NCBI GenBank assembly: GCA_040235515.1
Contig: JBECKX010000195.1
Coordinates: 15,015-79,014 of the forward strand
DNA: 64,000 bases
DNA from: Candidatus Zixiibacteriota bacterium
GTDB lineage: Bacteria > Zixibacteria > MSB-5A5 > CAIYYT01
Reading direction: 5' to 3'
This document shows positions 10,668 through 21,888 of this stretch, piece by piece. The translations under genes and the position numbers were made by a program. How positions within the stretch are numbered: position 1 is the stretch's first letter; the number at the start of each line of letters is the position of its first letter. Below the pieces are notes generated by a model. The model ran no database searches. It was given only the letters and a program-made list of their open reading frames with translations, and had not been told where the DNA came from.

Positions 10668-13172
10668 ATGAAAAGAGTAATCCTTGTTCTGATCCTCACT
10701 CTCTTCCTGGCAGCTCCTCTGTTCGGGTGGATAACGTACATTCTTGAAGATCCAAAAGATGAATTACTTGAGAATAACGCGACCGACTTCGTGTATGACG
10801 GAGTCTATGTCTGGGTTGCTACCGGCGCGGGTATCTCGGGCACTTCAGATGGTGGAACAACCTGGCGTTCGTATGATGAAACCAACGGATTGCCCGATAA
10901 CCAGATATCGGCGCTCGCGCGAGTCGGGGACGAGTTGTGGGCTGCCATGGTTAACTCAACGGCAATTCAGACCGGGGCAGGACTCTTTTATACTGCAAAT
11001 CGAGGAGATGACTGGATCGAAATCCCGAATATTCGTTTCACCGGTCAGGGCCGTATCGCCTACGATATCTCTGTTTACGATTCGCTGATCGTTGTCCCCA
11101 CCTTTCTGAGCGGGTTAGCCTACACCACTGACATGGGCAATTCGTGGAACAATATTTTGATCGATGCTGAAGTCGCGGCTGATTTTGCAGACGACAGTCT
11201 TGCGAACGATGTTCCGAACGGTGAATCTGATCCGGCGGGCTTCAGGGGCAGATACTTCTCCAGCACGATTGATCCGTATCATGATGACACCCTGATAGTC
11301 TGGGCCGGCAGCGCAGGCGGAGTCCAGCGCATCTATTACATCGGTCGCTCAAAGAAACTGGCCTCCAATCGTATCTTCGACATTGCCAACGGCGGTGATT
11401 CGCGCTGGTGGATCGCTACAGATATGGGGATCTCCGTCTTTGTCGATACAAGCTTCATCTTCAACACCTATTTCGAAGATAACGGACTCCCCGGTGATGT
11501 CTTCACCGCGATCGGAGCCAAGGGTGATACCGGCGTCGCAGGAATGTATGATGACGTCACTGAAACGAGCCAGGGTTTTGTCCTCTCTACCGATGGTGGC
11601 TTGACCTGGAGCCAGTCGCAGCCGACTCAAGCGACCGGCGCAGGCAAGAAGATCGAGGAGGTTGAATTCTGGGGTGATGATATCTGGGCCGCCTGCGATC
11701 AGGGTGGTCTGATCCGTTCAACCAACCTGGGTTCAACCTGGGAGACAATCTACCCGCCCAATGGCGCTTCTCTTCCTGAAGTGATGACAAGGATTCACTC
11801 GATCGATATCGCCAGCCGCGACGAATTCGTGCGCGTTTCCATCGGTACCGATTCGGGAGTCGTCGCACTCTACTACAGCGATCCGGCGACACTTGATTCC
11901 ACGGTTCATCTACCGCTGTTCGACAATGCCACCTGGGGGCAGAAGGTTGTCTCGGTGACTTCCGGCGTGACCGCAACCGCCGATGAGTTCTGGCTCGCCG
12001 TGCATCCTTACAAGCAGGATGTTGGTTCCAATCCCGCGGTCTTGCGCAGCACCAACCGTGGAGCGTTCTGGGAACACTACCTCGTTGGTCCCCCGGCGAT
12101 CACCCCGTACGACATCGAGTTCAGCCAGGCATTTAACGATACCGGTTCGGCCATCTGGGTAGCCACCAACGATGGCGCACGCCGCACCAGGAATGGTGGA
12201 GTCAACTTCGACGTATTTAGCGGCTATGGCGATGCGGTTTCCAACCGGGCGCTGGAATATTGTGTAGAAGTTGACAGCGGTAAGGCGTTCTTCGGCACGG
12301 ACGATCTCGGAATGGCTGCTACCGGCAACTATGGGCTCAGCTTTGTGTCGTTCCGGGCACAAAATGATCCTGCCCAGTTCGATTTTGTGGGGCGTTCCTA
12401 CTACGGGCAAACCCTTCCGGATGACGTGCAGGGGATAGAAGCAAACTTCATCGTCGCGCTCGAGGCGCAGCGTACCGGCGACAGCACCGTAATCTACGCC
12501 GGCGGACTCTCCACCGGTGCGGGGCAGAGGCAGGGTGTCTACACGACCAGCGACCGCGGGCTCAACTGGCAATTGTCGCTCCCTGATGTTGAAGCTTACA
12601 ATTTTTCGTTTAACGGAGACTCCGCTTTTGCCGCCACCTTCTCCGGGCTGTTTATGAGCACCGATGTGGGAGTGTCATGGGAAAAGCTGCAAATTGTCGA
12701 TCAGGTCAGCGGACGCTTTATTCATGACTCAACCTACGTCAACGGCGTGGATGTTATCGGGAATGAAGTCTGGGTCGGTACCGACGACGGTATTGCACAC
12801 TCAGGGTTGAATGATCTTGAGGATTGGACCATTCTTCGGTCGTTTTTCGCGATTGAACAGGACGCCGATGGTGATGACCAAACTTACGCATCCCCCAGTC
12901 CATTCTCGCCACAACAGCAGAGCCAGTTGAAATTTCACTACAGGCTCAAGAACGCCGGGGATGTGACCATCAAAATCTACGACTTCGCCAATAACCTCGT
13001 CAAGATCGTCCGGGATGGAGTGCCGCGCGAGGCAAATGTTCAGTATGACGACATTGATGTCTGGGATGGTCGCAACGGTGACAACGTTATTGTGGCGGCA
13101 GGTATTTACTTCTACCACATAGAGTCAACCGGTGGTGACGATATCTGGGGAAAGTTCATGGTGATACCGTAA
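10668..13172 (+). CDS. Secreted BNR/Asp-box repeat protein with C-terminal T9SS sorting domain
   Basis: Signal peptide. At least 7 Asp-box motifs (S-x-D-x-G-x-T/S-W: SDGGTTW, TDMGNSW, TDGGLTW, TNLGSTW, TNRGAFW, SDRGLNW, TDVGVSW). C-terminal ~90 aa resemble a T9SS/Por CTD (..KIYDFANNLV..VWDGRNGDN..AGIYFYHIE..). Confidence 0.7.
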   Translation: MKRVILVLILTLFLAAPLFGWITYILEDPKDELLENNATDFVYDGVYVWVATGAGISGTSDGGTTWRSYDETNGLPDNQISALARVGDELWAAMVNSTAIQTGAGLFYTANRGDDWIEIPNIRFTGQGRIAYDISVYDSLIVVPTFLSGLAYTTDMGNSWNNILIDAEVAADFADDSLANDVPNGESDPAGFRGRYFSSTIDPYHDDTLIVWAGSAGGVQRIYYIGRSKKLASNRIFDIANGGDSRWWIATDMGISVFVDTSFIFNTYFEDNGLPGDVFTAIGAKGDTGVAGMYDDVTETSQGFVLSTDGGLTWSQSQPTQATGAGKKIEEVEFWGDDIWAACDQGGLIRSTNLGSTWETIYPPNGASLPEVMTRIHSIDIASRDEFVRVSIGTDSGVVALYYSDPATLDSTVHLPLFDNATWGQKVVSVTSGVTATADEFWLAVHPYKQDVGSNPAVLRSTNRGAFWEHYLVGPPAITPYDIEFSQAFNDTGSAIWVATNDGARRTRNGGVNFDVFSGYGDAVSNRALEYCVEVDSGKAFFGTDDLGMAATGNYGLSFVSFRAQNDPAQFDFVGRSYYGQTLPDDVQGIEANFIVALEAQRTGDSTVIYAGGLSTGAGQRQGVYTTSDRGLNWQLSLPDVEAYNFSFNGDSAFAATFSGLFMSTDVGVSWEKLQIVDQVSGRFIHDSTYVNGVDVIGNEVWVGTDDGIAHSGLNDLEDWTILRSFFAIEQDADGDDQTYASPSPFSPQQQSQLKFHYRLKNAGDVTIKIYDFANNLVKIVRDGVPREANVQYDDIDVWDGRNGDNVIVAAGIYFYHIESTGGDDIWGKFMVIP

Positions 13173-13173
13173 G

Positions 13174-14148
13174 ATGAAAAAAATAATCTCAGCATTATCT
13201 GCCGTTGCGGCAATCACGATCCTTTCGGTACCCACTTTTGCACAGGAAGAGATCGGCGGCTACGCGGGAACTCCGCTGGAAATCAAACTCAGCCCGCGTG
13301 CGACCGGAATGGGCGGCGCCTACACGGCGGTATCGGATGACATCTATGGCCTCTTCGTCAATCCCGGCGCTGCGGCTCAAATGCAAAATATCACATTCGG
13401 CGCGGCCTACCGCGACATGTCACTCGGCCGCTCGATGCAGCAGATCGCGGCCCTCTTCCCGGTGCGGGGAGAAGCTGCCCTCGGCATTACCGCGCAGTTG
13501 GCCACCGTCAAGGATGTGCTCGGTCGCACGACCCGGGGTGAACCAACGGAGAATCTCGACAACCTCGACATGGCGGCTTCGATCATCTTCTCTCGCAGAT
13601 TCAGTCGTTTCCTGACAATCGGCGGCGACGCGCGCTACTACTATAAGAAGCTCGCGGCTGCCTCCGCTTATTCTGCAGGGTTCGACTTCGGTGCCATGCT
13701 CCATCTCGATACGACATCGGTGATCAAACCGGAAAGCCCGCTTGATTTAGTAAGACTAGCATTTGTTGTGAGAAATATCGAGGCCAAGTACCCCTGGAGT
13801 ACGGGAGATTATTGGAATGAGCAGGGGATGCTGGGCAGCGACGTGACCGAAAAAGTACCGGTCATCGTCAAGGTAGGCGGGTCGGTGCTGGCGCTGGACC
13901 GCAAACTACTGATCGCGGTTGATGGCGAATATCATGAAGAACTATCCGCCGGGCTTTACGCCGGCGTTGAGTACAGAGTCGTGCCAAGTTTGGCGTTGCG
14001 TGGCGGCATGGCGAGAGGCGAGCCGGCTTTCGGTGCCGGATTCATGTCAGATCTCGGAAGCCTGAAACTTCAGATCGATTTGGCGGTTGAACAAGAGAGA
14101 AACTTAGGCGGCTGGGAGACGATAGTCGGACTTATCGTCAGCCGTTAG
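13174..14148 (+). CDS. Outer-membrane beta-barrel protein, FadL/PorV-PorQ-like (T9SS-associated candidate)
   Basis: Signal peptide. N-terminal motif ..RATGMGGAYTAVSDDIYGLFVNPGAAA.. resembles the FadL/PorV family signature (..GMGGAfvAvaDDasAvfwNPAgla..). Ends in an aromatic residue typical of an OM barrel. Confidence 0.45.
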   Translation: MKKIISALSAVAAITILSVPTFAQEEIGGYAGTPLEIKLSPRATGMGGAYTAVSDDIYGLFVNPGAAAQMQNITFGAAYRDMSLGRSMQQIAALFPVRGEAALGITAQLATVKDVLGRTTRGEPTENLDNLDMAASIIFSRRFSRFLTIGGDARYYYKKLAAASAYSAGFDFGAMLHLDTTSVIKPESPLDLVRLAFVVRNIEAKYPWSTGDYWNEQGMLGSDVTEKVPVIVKVGGSVLALDRKLLIAVDGEYHEELSAGLYAGVEYRVVPSLALRGGMARGEPAFGAGFMSDLGSLKLQIDLAVEQERNLGGWETIVGLIVSR

Positions 14149-14178
14149 TCACGCGATTCTGATTTACACAGGCGTTAG

Positions 14179-15084
14179 GTGATGACAAAAAAACTGACTG
14201 GAATGGCGGTGTCGGCCGCAGTTATCCTCATGCTGCTCTCAGTTCCCGCAGCAGCAAAGGACCCTGCGCTGATCGGATTTAATTTCCTCAAGTCTTCGAT
14301 GAGCACCCGGCACGCTGCCATGGGTGGCGCCGGAATCGCGTTGGCAGACAACCTTTACGGCAGCCAGTTGAACCCGGCGGCGATCGCCGAGATAGAAGCT
14401 ACCACTGCAGGGTTTGTGCACCAGGAAGGGATCTTCGACACGCGCCGCGAATTTGTCGGGTTCTCGACGCCCGCTTTTGGTGGCGGGCTGGCACTGGGGC
14501 TCGACTATTTCAAGATCGCCGATATTGAGGGACGCACCGGTCCGACCGAGGAGCCGTCAACCCTCTTCGATTCACAAGACATAGCGGTTTTTGCATCATA
14601 TGCTCTGGCGTTGAACGAAAAGCTGCGTGCCGGCGCAACTGCACGCTACGCCGCTGAAAAGATAGGCGATCAGACGGCGGATGCCTTCCTCATGGACGCG
14701 GGTGTGCAGTTTCAGGCGACACCAATCTTCAGCCTGGGCGCCGCTGTCCGTAACCTCGGTAGCAAACCGAAATTCTTCAACGATGAAATCGACCTTCCTG
14801 TAACCTTCTCCGGTGGCATCGCCGCGCATTTCTCGCAGACCACGCTCAGCGCGGATGTCGCCCTGCCGAAGGAATCTGATACCCGCTTCAACCTCGGTGC
14901 AGAACGGACCTTCGGTGACTTCCTCGCACTGCGCGCCGGCTACAAGGCCGGTTATGATGAGGAAGACCTTGCTTTTGGAGTCGGATTTATGCAATCTGTC
15001 TGGCAAGTTGACTACGCGTTTGTGCCGTATGGCTCAGATTTGGGTGACGTTCATCGTTTCGCCCTCACCGTAGCCATCAGATAG
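14179..15084 (+). CDS. Outer-membrane beta-barrel protein, FadL/PorV-PorQ-like (paralog of previous)
   Basis: Signal peptide. ..RHAAMGGAGIALADNLYGSQLNPAAIA.. has the same family motif. Alternating-hydrophobic beta strands; C-terminal ..FALTVAIR. Confidence 0.45.
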   Translation: MMTKKLTGMAVSAAVILMLLSVPAAAKDPALIGFNFLKSSMSTRHAAMGGAGIALADNLYGSQLNPAAIAEIEATTAGFVHQEGIFDTRREFVGFSTPAFGGGLALGLDYFKIADIEGRTGPTEEPSTLFDSQDIAVFASYALALNEKLRAGATARYAAEKIGDQTADAFLMDAGVQFQATPIFSLGAAVRNLGSKPKFFNDEIDLPVTFSGGIAAHFSQTTLSADVALPKESDTRFNLGAERTFGDFLALRAGYKAGYDEEDLAFGVGFMQSVWQVDYAFVPYGSDLGDVHRFALTVAIR

Positions 15085-15158
15085 AGAAGCTGAATCGACC
15101 ATTTGACTGCCCCGCGGCAGTGGACTCAAAAAAGCTAAGGAACTGAGAAGGAATTAAG

Positions 15159-16286
15159 ATGGCTAAGTATAAGATTGCCTGGATGCCCGGTGATGGTGTC
15201 GGTGTTGATGTCATGGAGGCTGCAAAGATAGTCCTCGACAAGCTGGACTTCGATGCCGAATACACCCACGCGGATATCGGCTGGGAATTTTGGTGCAAAG
15301 AGGGAGATCCGCTGCCGAAACGCACAATCGATATCCTCAAGAACACAGACTGCGCGCTCTTTGGCGCGATTACTTCCAAGCCCAAGGAAGAGTGCGAATC
15401 GGAACTGGTGAAGGAGTTGCAGGGCAAAGGCCTGGTTTACTCCTCACCGATCGTGCGACTGCGGCAGGAATTTAACCTGCGCACCAACCTGCGTCCCTGC
15501 AAAGCCTACAAGGGCAATCCGCTGAATTACAAGGATGGCATCGACATCACAGTTTTTCGTGAGAACACCGAGGATCTTTACGCCGGCATCGAGTTTTTCC
15601 CGATTCCGCAAGATGTGCGGGAAGTACTCACTAAGAACAACAAGAAGATGACCCGCTTCGCCGAGCAGCCGGAGAATGAAGTGGCGATGTCATGCCGCCT
15701 GATCACCAAAACGGCTTCGCGGAACATCGTCCGTGATGCCTTTGAGTACGCTCGGAAGACCGGCAAGAAGACCGTAACCGTGGTCGAGAAGCCAAACGTT
15801 ATCCGTGAAACTTCCGGGCTGTTCGTCCGCACTGCACGCGAAGTCGCCAAAGACTATCCCGGCATCGAGTTGTGGGAGACCAATATCGATGCCTTGTGCA
15901 TGTGGTTGATCAAGAACCCACTCGATTATTCGGTGATCGTCACTTCGAATATGTTCGGTGATATTATCTCCGATCTCTGTGCCCAATTGGTCGGCGGACT
16001 CGGATTTGCTTCTTCGGGCAACATCGGTGACAACTACGCCGTCTTTGAGCCGACGCATGGTTCGGCGCCGAAGTATGCCGGACAATATCGCGTGAATCCG
16101 ATGGCGATGCTGTTGACATCACGTCTGATGCTGGAATGGCTTGGCGAGAGCAAGCAGGCTGAAAGGCTTGAACATGCCATCGCCGCGGTAATCGAGGAGA
16201 AGAAGACGCTCACATACGACATGGGCGGTAAATCGTCCACCCTTGACGTCGCAAAAGCGGTTGCAAATCACCTCGAACATATTTAG
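15159..16286 (+). CDS. icd: Isocitrate dehydrogenase (isocitrate/isopropylmalate dehydrogenase family)
   Basis: IAWMPGDGVGVDV N-terminal dinucleotide/substrate motif, ..SPIVRLRQEFNLRTNLRPCK.. (IDH-type substrate loop) and a C-terminal ..GGLGFASSGNIG.. ..EPTHGSAPKYAG.. region. Confidence 0.65.
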   Translation: MAKYKIAWMPGDGVGVDVMEAAKIVLDKLDFDAEYTHADIGWEFWCKEGDPLPKRTIDILKNTDCALFGAITSKPKEECESELVKELQGKGLVYSSPIVRLRQEFNLRTNLRPCKAYKGNPLNYKDGIDITVFRENTEDLYAGIEFFPIPQDVREVLTKNNKKMTRFAEQPENEVAMSCRLITKTASRNIVRDAFEYARKTGKKTVTVVEKPNVIRETSGLFVRTAREVAKDYPGIELWETNIDALCMWLIKNPLDYSVIVTSNMFGDIISDLCAQLVGGLGFASSGNIGDNYAVFEPTHGSAPKYAGQYRVNPMAMLLTSRLMLEWLGESKQAERLEHAIAAVIEEKKTLTYDMGGKSSTLDVAKAVANHLEHI

Positions 16287-16353
16287 ATTTGTCGTGGAGT
16301 AAGAGTTGGCGTACTGAGCACAAAGTACCGACCAACTTGACTGTAGTAGAATG

Positions 16354-16390
16354 ATAGAGCCCTACTCGCCATCGCGAGCCAGGGCTCTAT
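16354..16390. terminator. Strong imperfect hairpin (10-bp outer stem ATAGAGCCCT/AGGGCTCTAT plus inner 5-bp stem CTCGC/GCGAG) between convergent icd and yihY; possible bidirectional terminator
   Basis: Palindrome read directly from the sequence. Overlaps the last 9 codons of yihY. Flanked by a C/T-rich tract on the + side. Confidence 0.35.
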
Positions 16391-17246
16391 CCATTTCTCT
16401 CTCCTTCTGTTCCTGCAGATACGAACCCACCTCCGCCCCGAACAGGAACACGAAAGAGGAGTAGTAAACCCACAAGAACAACAGCGCCACCGAAGTAAAC
16501 GACCCATAGATCGTCAGATCTTTGCCGAAACTCTTCACATAGTACTCAAACAACCATTTGGCAACTTCCCAGAGGATCGCCGCAACAGACGCACCGATAA
16601 ACGCATTCTGGAAATGATTCCATTTCCCCGGCAGCAGATAGTAGACCGCCGTGAAGAGAAGAGTCGAAAGGAAAATCGGGATCAGCACCGGCAATATCTG
16701 TCCAATGAGAGGTAGGTCGACCAGCGAGAAATTGAGCACTGGAATAGTTCCGCGTTGCGCAGCACGCAGCAAGCTGGTGATGAACATCGAAGCCAGCACG
16801 AAGAGAATTCCAACCGGCACCGATGTCAGCGCAAACAACTTGGATTTCAGAATCGTGCGGGAATCATAACAGCGCCAGATCTTGTTCAGTGAATATTCAA
16901 GCTCAGAAAAGATGCGCTGACTCGCCCACAACAGGCCGATCAGACCGATGATACCATAAATCGTTCTGCCCTTGATCGTCGAGAAAAACAATTCCACCGT
17001 GTCGGTGGCAGTGACCGGCAGCAACCTCGTGATGAACTCGGAGATCTCCCGAAGGGCTTCCTGCGATGAAGCTACGAAGAAGCCGAAGATCGAAGTCATC
17101 AGGATCATGAATGGCAGGAACGAGAGGATTGCATAGAAGGAGATTGAAGCGGAAAACGACGGCACGGGGTCGTCAATGAAGGCGCGATTTAGAATGGTTT
17201 TAATTGCTATCCAGACTTTTCTAAGCCGTGCAGGCAAAACTCTCAA
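16362..17246 (-). CDS. YihY/BrkB family inner-membrane protein (virulence factor BrkB / RNase BN-like)
   Basis: Six predicted TM helices. N-terminal ..RAFIDDPVPSFSASISFYAILSFLPFMIL.. is typical of the YihY family. Confidence 0.7.
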   Translation of the reverse strand: MRVLPARLRKVWIAIKTILNRAFIDDPVPSFSASISFYAILSFLPFMILMTSIFGFFVASSQEALREISEFITRLLPVTATDTVELFFSTIKGRTIYGIIGLIGLLWASQRIFSELEYSLNKIWRCYDSRTILKSKLFALTSVPVGILFVLASMFITSLLRAAQRGTIPVLNFSLVDLPLIGQILPVLIPIFLSTLLFTAVYYLLPGKWNHFQNAFIGASVAAILWEVAKWLFEYYVKSFGKDLTIYGSFTSVALLFLWVYYSSFVFLFGAEVGSYLQEQKEREMDRALARDGE

Positions 17247-17277
17247 CTCCCATCAAATTCGAATAACCTGACCGGAA

Positions 17278-19293
<2,016 letters not shown>

Positions 19294-19450
19294 TCAGAAT
19301 CTATGCTTATCTAGTCGCTTCGTCAATCAGCTATCGGAAGTGATACGAGATCGCAGCCGGGCCTGTGCAAAACCGTTTCCGGCGGCGATTCGAACTCCCT
19401 TTTCTGCAAACACCTTGACAACAACGCATGCAATCCCTCTTTTGAGGGCG

Positions 19451-20887
19451 ATGACATTACTCAATGACTTCGTAGCTACAAAAATCATCTGTACCCTCGG
19501 ACCCGCGAGCGACTCGGAAAAGGTCATCGAGGAATTGGCGCGAGCCGGAATGTCGGTCGCACGGCTCAATTTCTCGCACGGCAGCCACGAGTACCATGCA
19601 AAACTGATATCTCGCATCAGGAAAGTCTCCAGACGACTGAAGCAGCCGATCGCTATCCTGCAGGACCTTACCGGTCCGAAGATCAGGATAGGCGCGATCA
19701 GCGGCGGCTCGATCGAGCTGAAGGAAGGGGGGAAGCTCACGATTTGCCGCGAGCAAATCGAGGGTATTCCGGGACGGGTATCAGCCTCTCCGGCCGAAGT
19801 GATCCCGGAGATCAAGGTTGGGGAACTGCTCTACCTCGATGATGGCCTGCTCCAGTTGCGCGTTACGAGAAGCGGCAGGGAGCAGATCGAAACGGAGATC
19901 ATTAAAGGTGGCCGGCTCAAGGCGCACAAGGGTGTCAATGTCCCGGAGTCAAACCTGTCTCTCCCGTCGATGACTCCGAAAGACCATTTTGATCTCAAAT
20001 TCGGTTTGGCTGCCGGTGTCGACTATGTCGCGTTGTCCTTTGTTCGCAGCGGCGAGGATGTCCGCAGGCTGAAGGCCCTGATCAGAAAGGCGAACGGCGA
20101 AATCCCGGTGATCAGCAAACTGGAGAAGCCGCAGGCAGTGACCAACCTGGATGAGATTCTGGCGGAATCAGACGCCGTCATGGTTGCCCGCGGTGATCTT
20201 GGTATCGAGATTCGTGTCGATAAGGTGCCTGCAATTCAGAAGGATATCATCGCCCGTGCCAATGAGCAGAGCGTTCCGGTGATCACGGCAACCCAGATGC
20301 TTGAATCGATGACGGACCAGGTTACTCCTACCCGCGCGGAGGTCTCCGATGTTGCGAATGCGATCTATGACGGAACGGATTGTGTGATGCTATCGGCCGA
20401 GACCGCAGCCGGCAAGTATCCGGTCGAAGCGGTCAGGATGATGCGCTCGATTGCACTCACGACCGAACAACGGATGCGGGAGGCGTTCGATCCGGAGGTC
20501 CTGCTCGGAGGACGGGAGACGCTTGAGTTGCCGGTCGCTATCTCGATAGCTGCTGTCGAAATGGCAACCGATATCGATGCCAAGTTGATTGCCTGCTTTA
20601 CCCAGTCCGGGCTTTCAGCACGCCTCGTCTCCAAGCAACACGCCAATGTCCCGATCATCGCCTATACGCCGCACCGGCATTCGCTCTCGCGGATGAGCCT
20701 CTATCGGGGAGTGATCCCCCGTTATCTGCGGCACCTCAATTCAGTGGACCATATGATAGAGCAGGTGGAGAAGAGTCTGAAGGCGGAGGGGATCGTCAAG
20801 AAGGGAGATCGGCTGGTTATTGTGGCCTCGGCGCCGGTCAAGATACAGGGCGATACGAATCTGCTAAAACTCCACGAAGTTTCCTGA
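19451..20887 (+). CDS. pyk: Pyruvate kinase
   Basis: TKIICTLGPAS.., ..ARLNFSHG.., ..MVARGDLGIE.. and ..TATQMLESM.. are canonical PK motifs. Start chosen at MTLLNDF (478 aa); the longer ORF from 19340 is unlikely. Confidence 0.9.
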   Translation: MTLLNDFVATKIICTLGPASDSEKVIEELARAGMSVARLNFSHGSHEYHAKLISRIRKVSRRLKQPIAILQDLTGPKIRIGAISGGSIELKEGGKLTICREQIEGIPGRVSASPAEVIPEIKVGELLYLDDGLLQLRVTRSGREQIETEIIKGGRLKAHKGVNVPESNLSLPSMTPKDHFDLKFGLAAGVDYVALSFVRSGEDVRRLKALIRKANGEIPVISKLEKPQAVTNLDEILAESDAVMVARGDLGIEIRVDKVPAIQKDIIARANEQSVPVITATQMLESMTDQVTPTRAEVSDVANAIYDGTDCVMLSAETAAGKYPVEAVRMMRSIALTTEQRMREAFDPEVLLGGRETLELPVAISIAAVEMATDIDAKLIACFTQSGLSARLVSKQHANVPIIAYTPHRHSLSRMSLYRGVIPRYLRHLNSVDHMIEQVEKSLKAEGIVKKGDRLVIVASAPVKIQGDTNLLKLHEVS

Positions 20888-20981
20888 GTCGCAGGCGGTC
20901 GCACGAAACTCGACCTATGGGGCGATAAAAGGTAATGACTTCGCTTGCAACAGATTACGATTTTGCTATATTGGCAATCCT

Positions 20982-21875
20982 ATGGGACTGAGCAGAAACC
21001 GCATACGCCTGAAGGTCAAATGCAATGTCGACGCCTTGAAGGTCTGGGACACTGTTATCAACCCGATCCGCCTGGCAATCTGGTTCTGCAACAGCGCAGA
21101 GGTTAACCCGAAGCTGCGCGGGACCGTCAAGTTCTCCGGCAACAACAGCGTCGCAAAGACCTTCGACGAAAAAGAGATCAAGGGAGTTATCACTTCGCTG
21201 GAGCCGAATCGTCTCCTCAAATTCACCTGGCCGATCAACGGAGTCGAATCGGAGGTCACGTGGCGCCTGGACGACATGGGCAAGTATACCGATTTTCTGG
21301 TGACGCACGAGAAGCTCCCGCAGGGTACCGGCATGATGGATGCCTGGCATATTTATCTCTACAATCTGCAGTCCTTGCTTCATACGAATCGCCCTGTCTA
21401 TCGTTGCGACTACAACCGCATCGACAAGGGAGTGGTCAAGCGAGAAGTCTTCATTGAGACGGTTCATCAACCGGTCTATAAGGCCCTTACGCGACAGAAG
21501 GAACTCAAGAAATGGTTTTCGGAGACGGCAGAGGTCGAATCACCGCTGGCGCCCGGCACTAAGTATTCCGCCGGGTGGACAGATGCAAGGGGTAATCCGC
21601 ACGGCCCGCAGGAGATCATCGAAGCCGTTGAGAACAAGAAACTGGTTTATAGCTGGCGTGATGATGCTCAAGAGGGGGGCGATAACGTCAGTTGGGAGTT
21701 GACCCGCATCGGTGAGCGTACGCGTGTTAACCTGCGACACTCAGGTTTCCCGGAGGGAAAGCCGCAGCGCGACTACATGCAGGGTTGGCACGCCTATATT
21801 CTGTTGCTGAAAGACTACTGTGAAAATGGGGGACAGTTGACTACGAAAATTATCGAGAAGGGGACTGAGGAGTAA
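20982..21875 (+). CDS. SRPBCC superfamily protein (tandem AHSA1/Aha1-like domains)
   Basis: Two repeated ~140-aa halves with the same pattern (..W..I.....L..WF.......G....F.....). Similar to the activator-of-Hsp90-ATPase / polyketide-cyclase SRPBCC fold. A TTGCAA-17-TATATT promoter lies upstream at ~20946-20975. Confidence 0.5.
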   Translation: MGLSRNRIRLKVKCNVDALKVWDTVINPIRLAIWFCNSAEVNPKLRGTVKFSGNNSVAKTFDEKEIKGVITSLEPNRLLKFTWPINGVESEVTWRLDDMGKYTDFLVTHEKLPQGTGMMDAWHIYLYNLQSLLHTNRPVYRCDYNRIDKGVVKREVFIETVHQPVYKALTRQKELKKWFSETAEVESPLAPGTKYSAGWTDARGNPHGPQEIIEAVENKKLVYSWRDDAQEGGDNVSWELTRIGERTRVNLRHSGFPEGKPQRDYMQGWHAYILLLKDYCENGGQLTTKIIEKGTEE

Positions 21876-21888
21876 CTCCCGGTCGGCA

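Noticed and set aside
10307-10741. Minus-strand ORFs 10307..10741 (144 aa) and 10329..10598 (89 aa)
   Set aside because: They span the intergenic region and overlap the BNR gene start. Low-complexity composition, no RBS, no recognisable domain. Judged spurious.
19340-19450. Extended N-terminus of pyruvate kinase from 19340
   Set aside because: The extra 37 aa are Arg/Pro-rich and non-homologous. Pyk family proteins start at MTLLNDFVATKIICTLGP-like sequence. The extension would sit in the ligA/pyk divergent promoter region.
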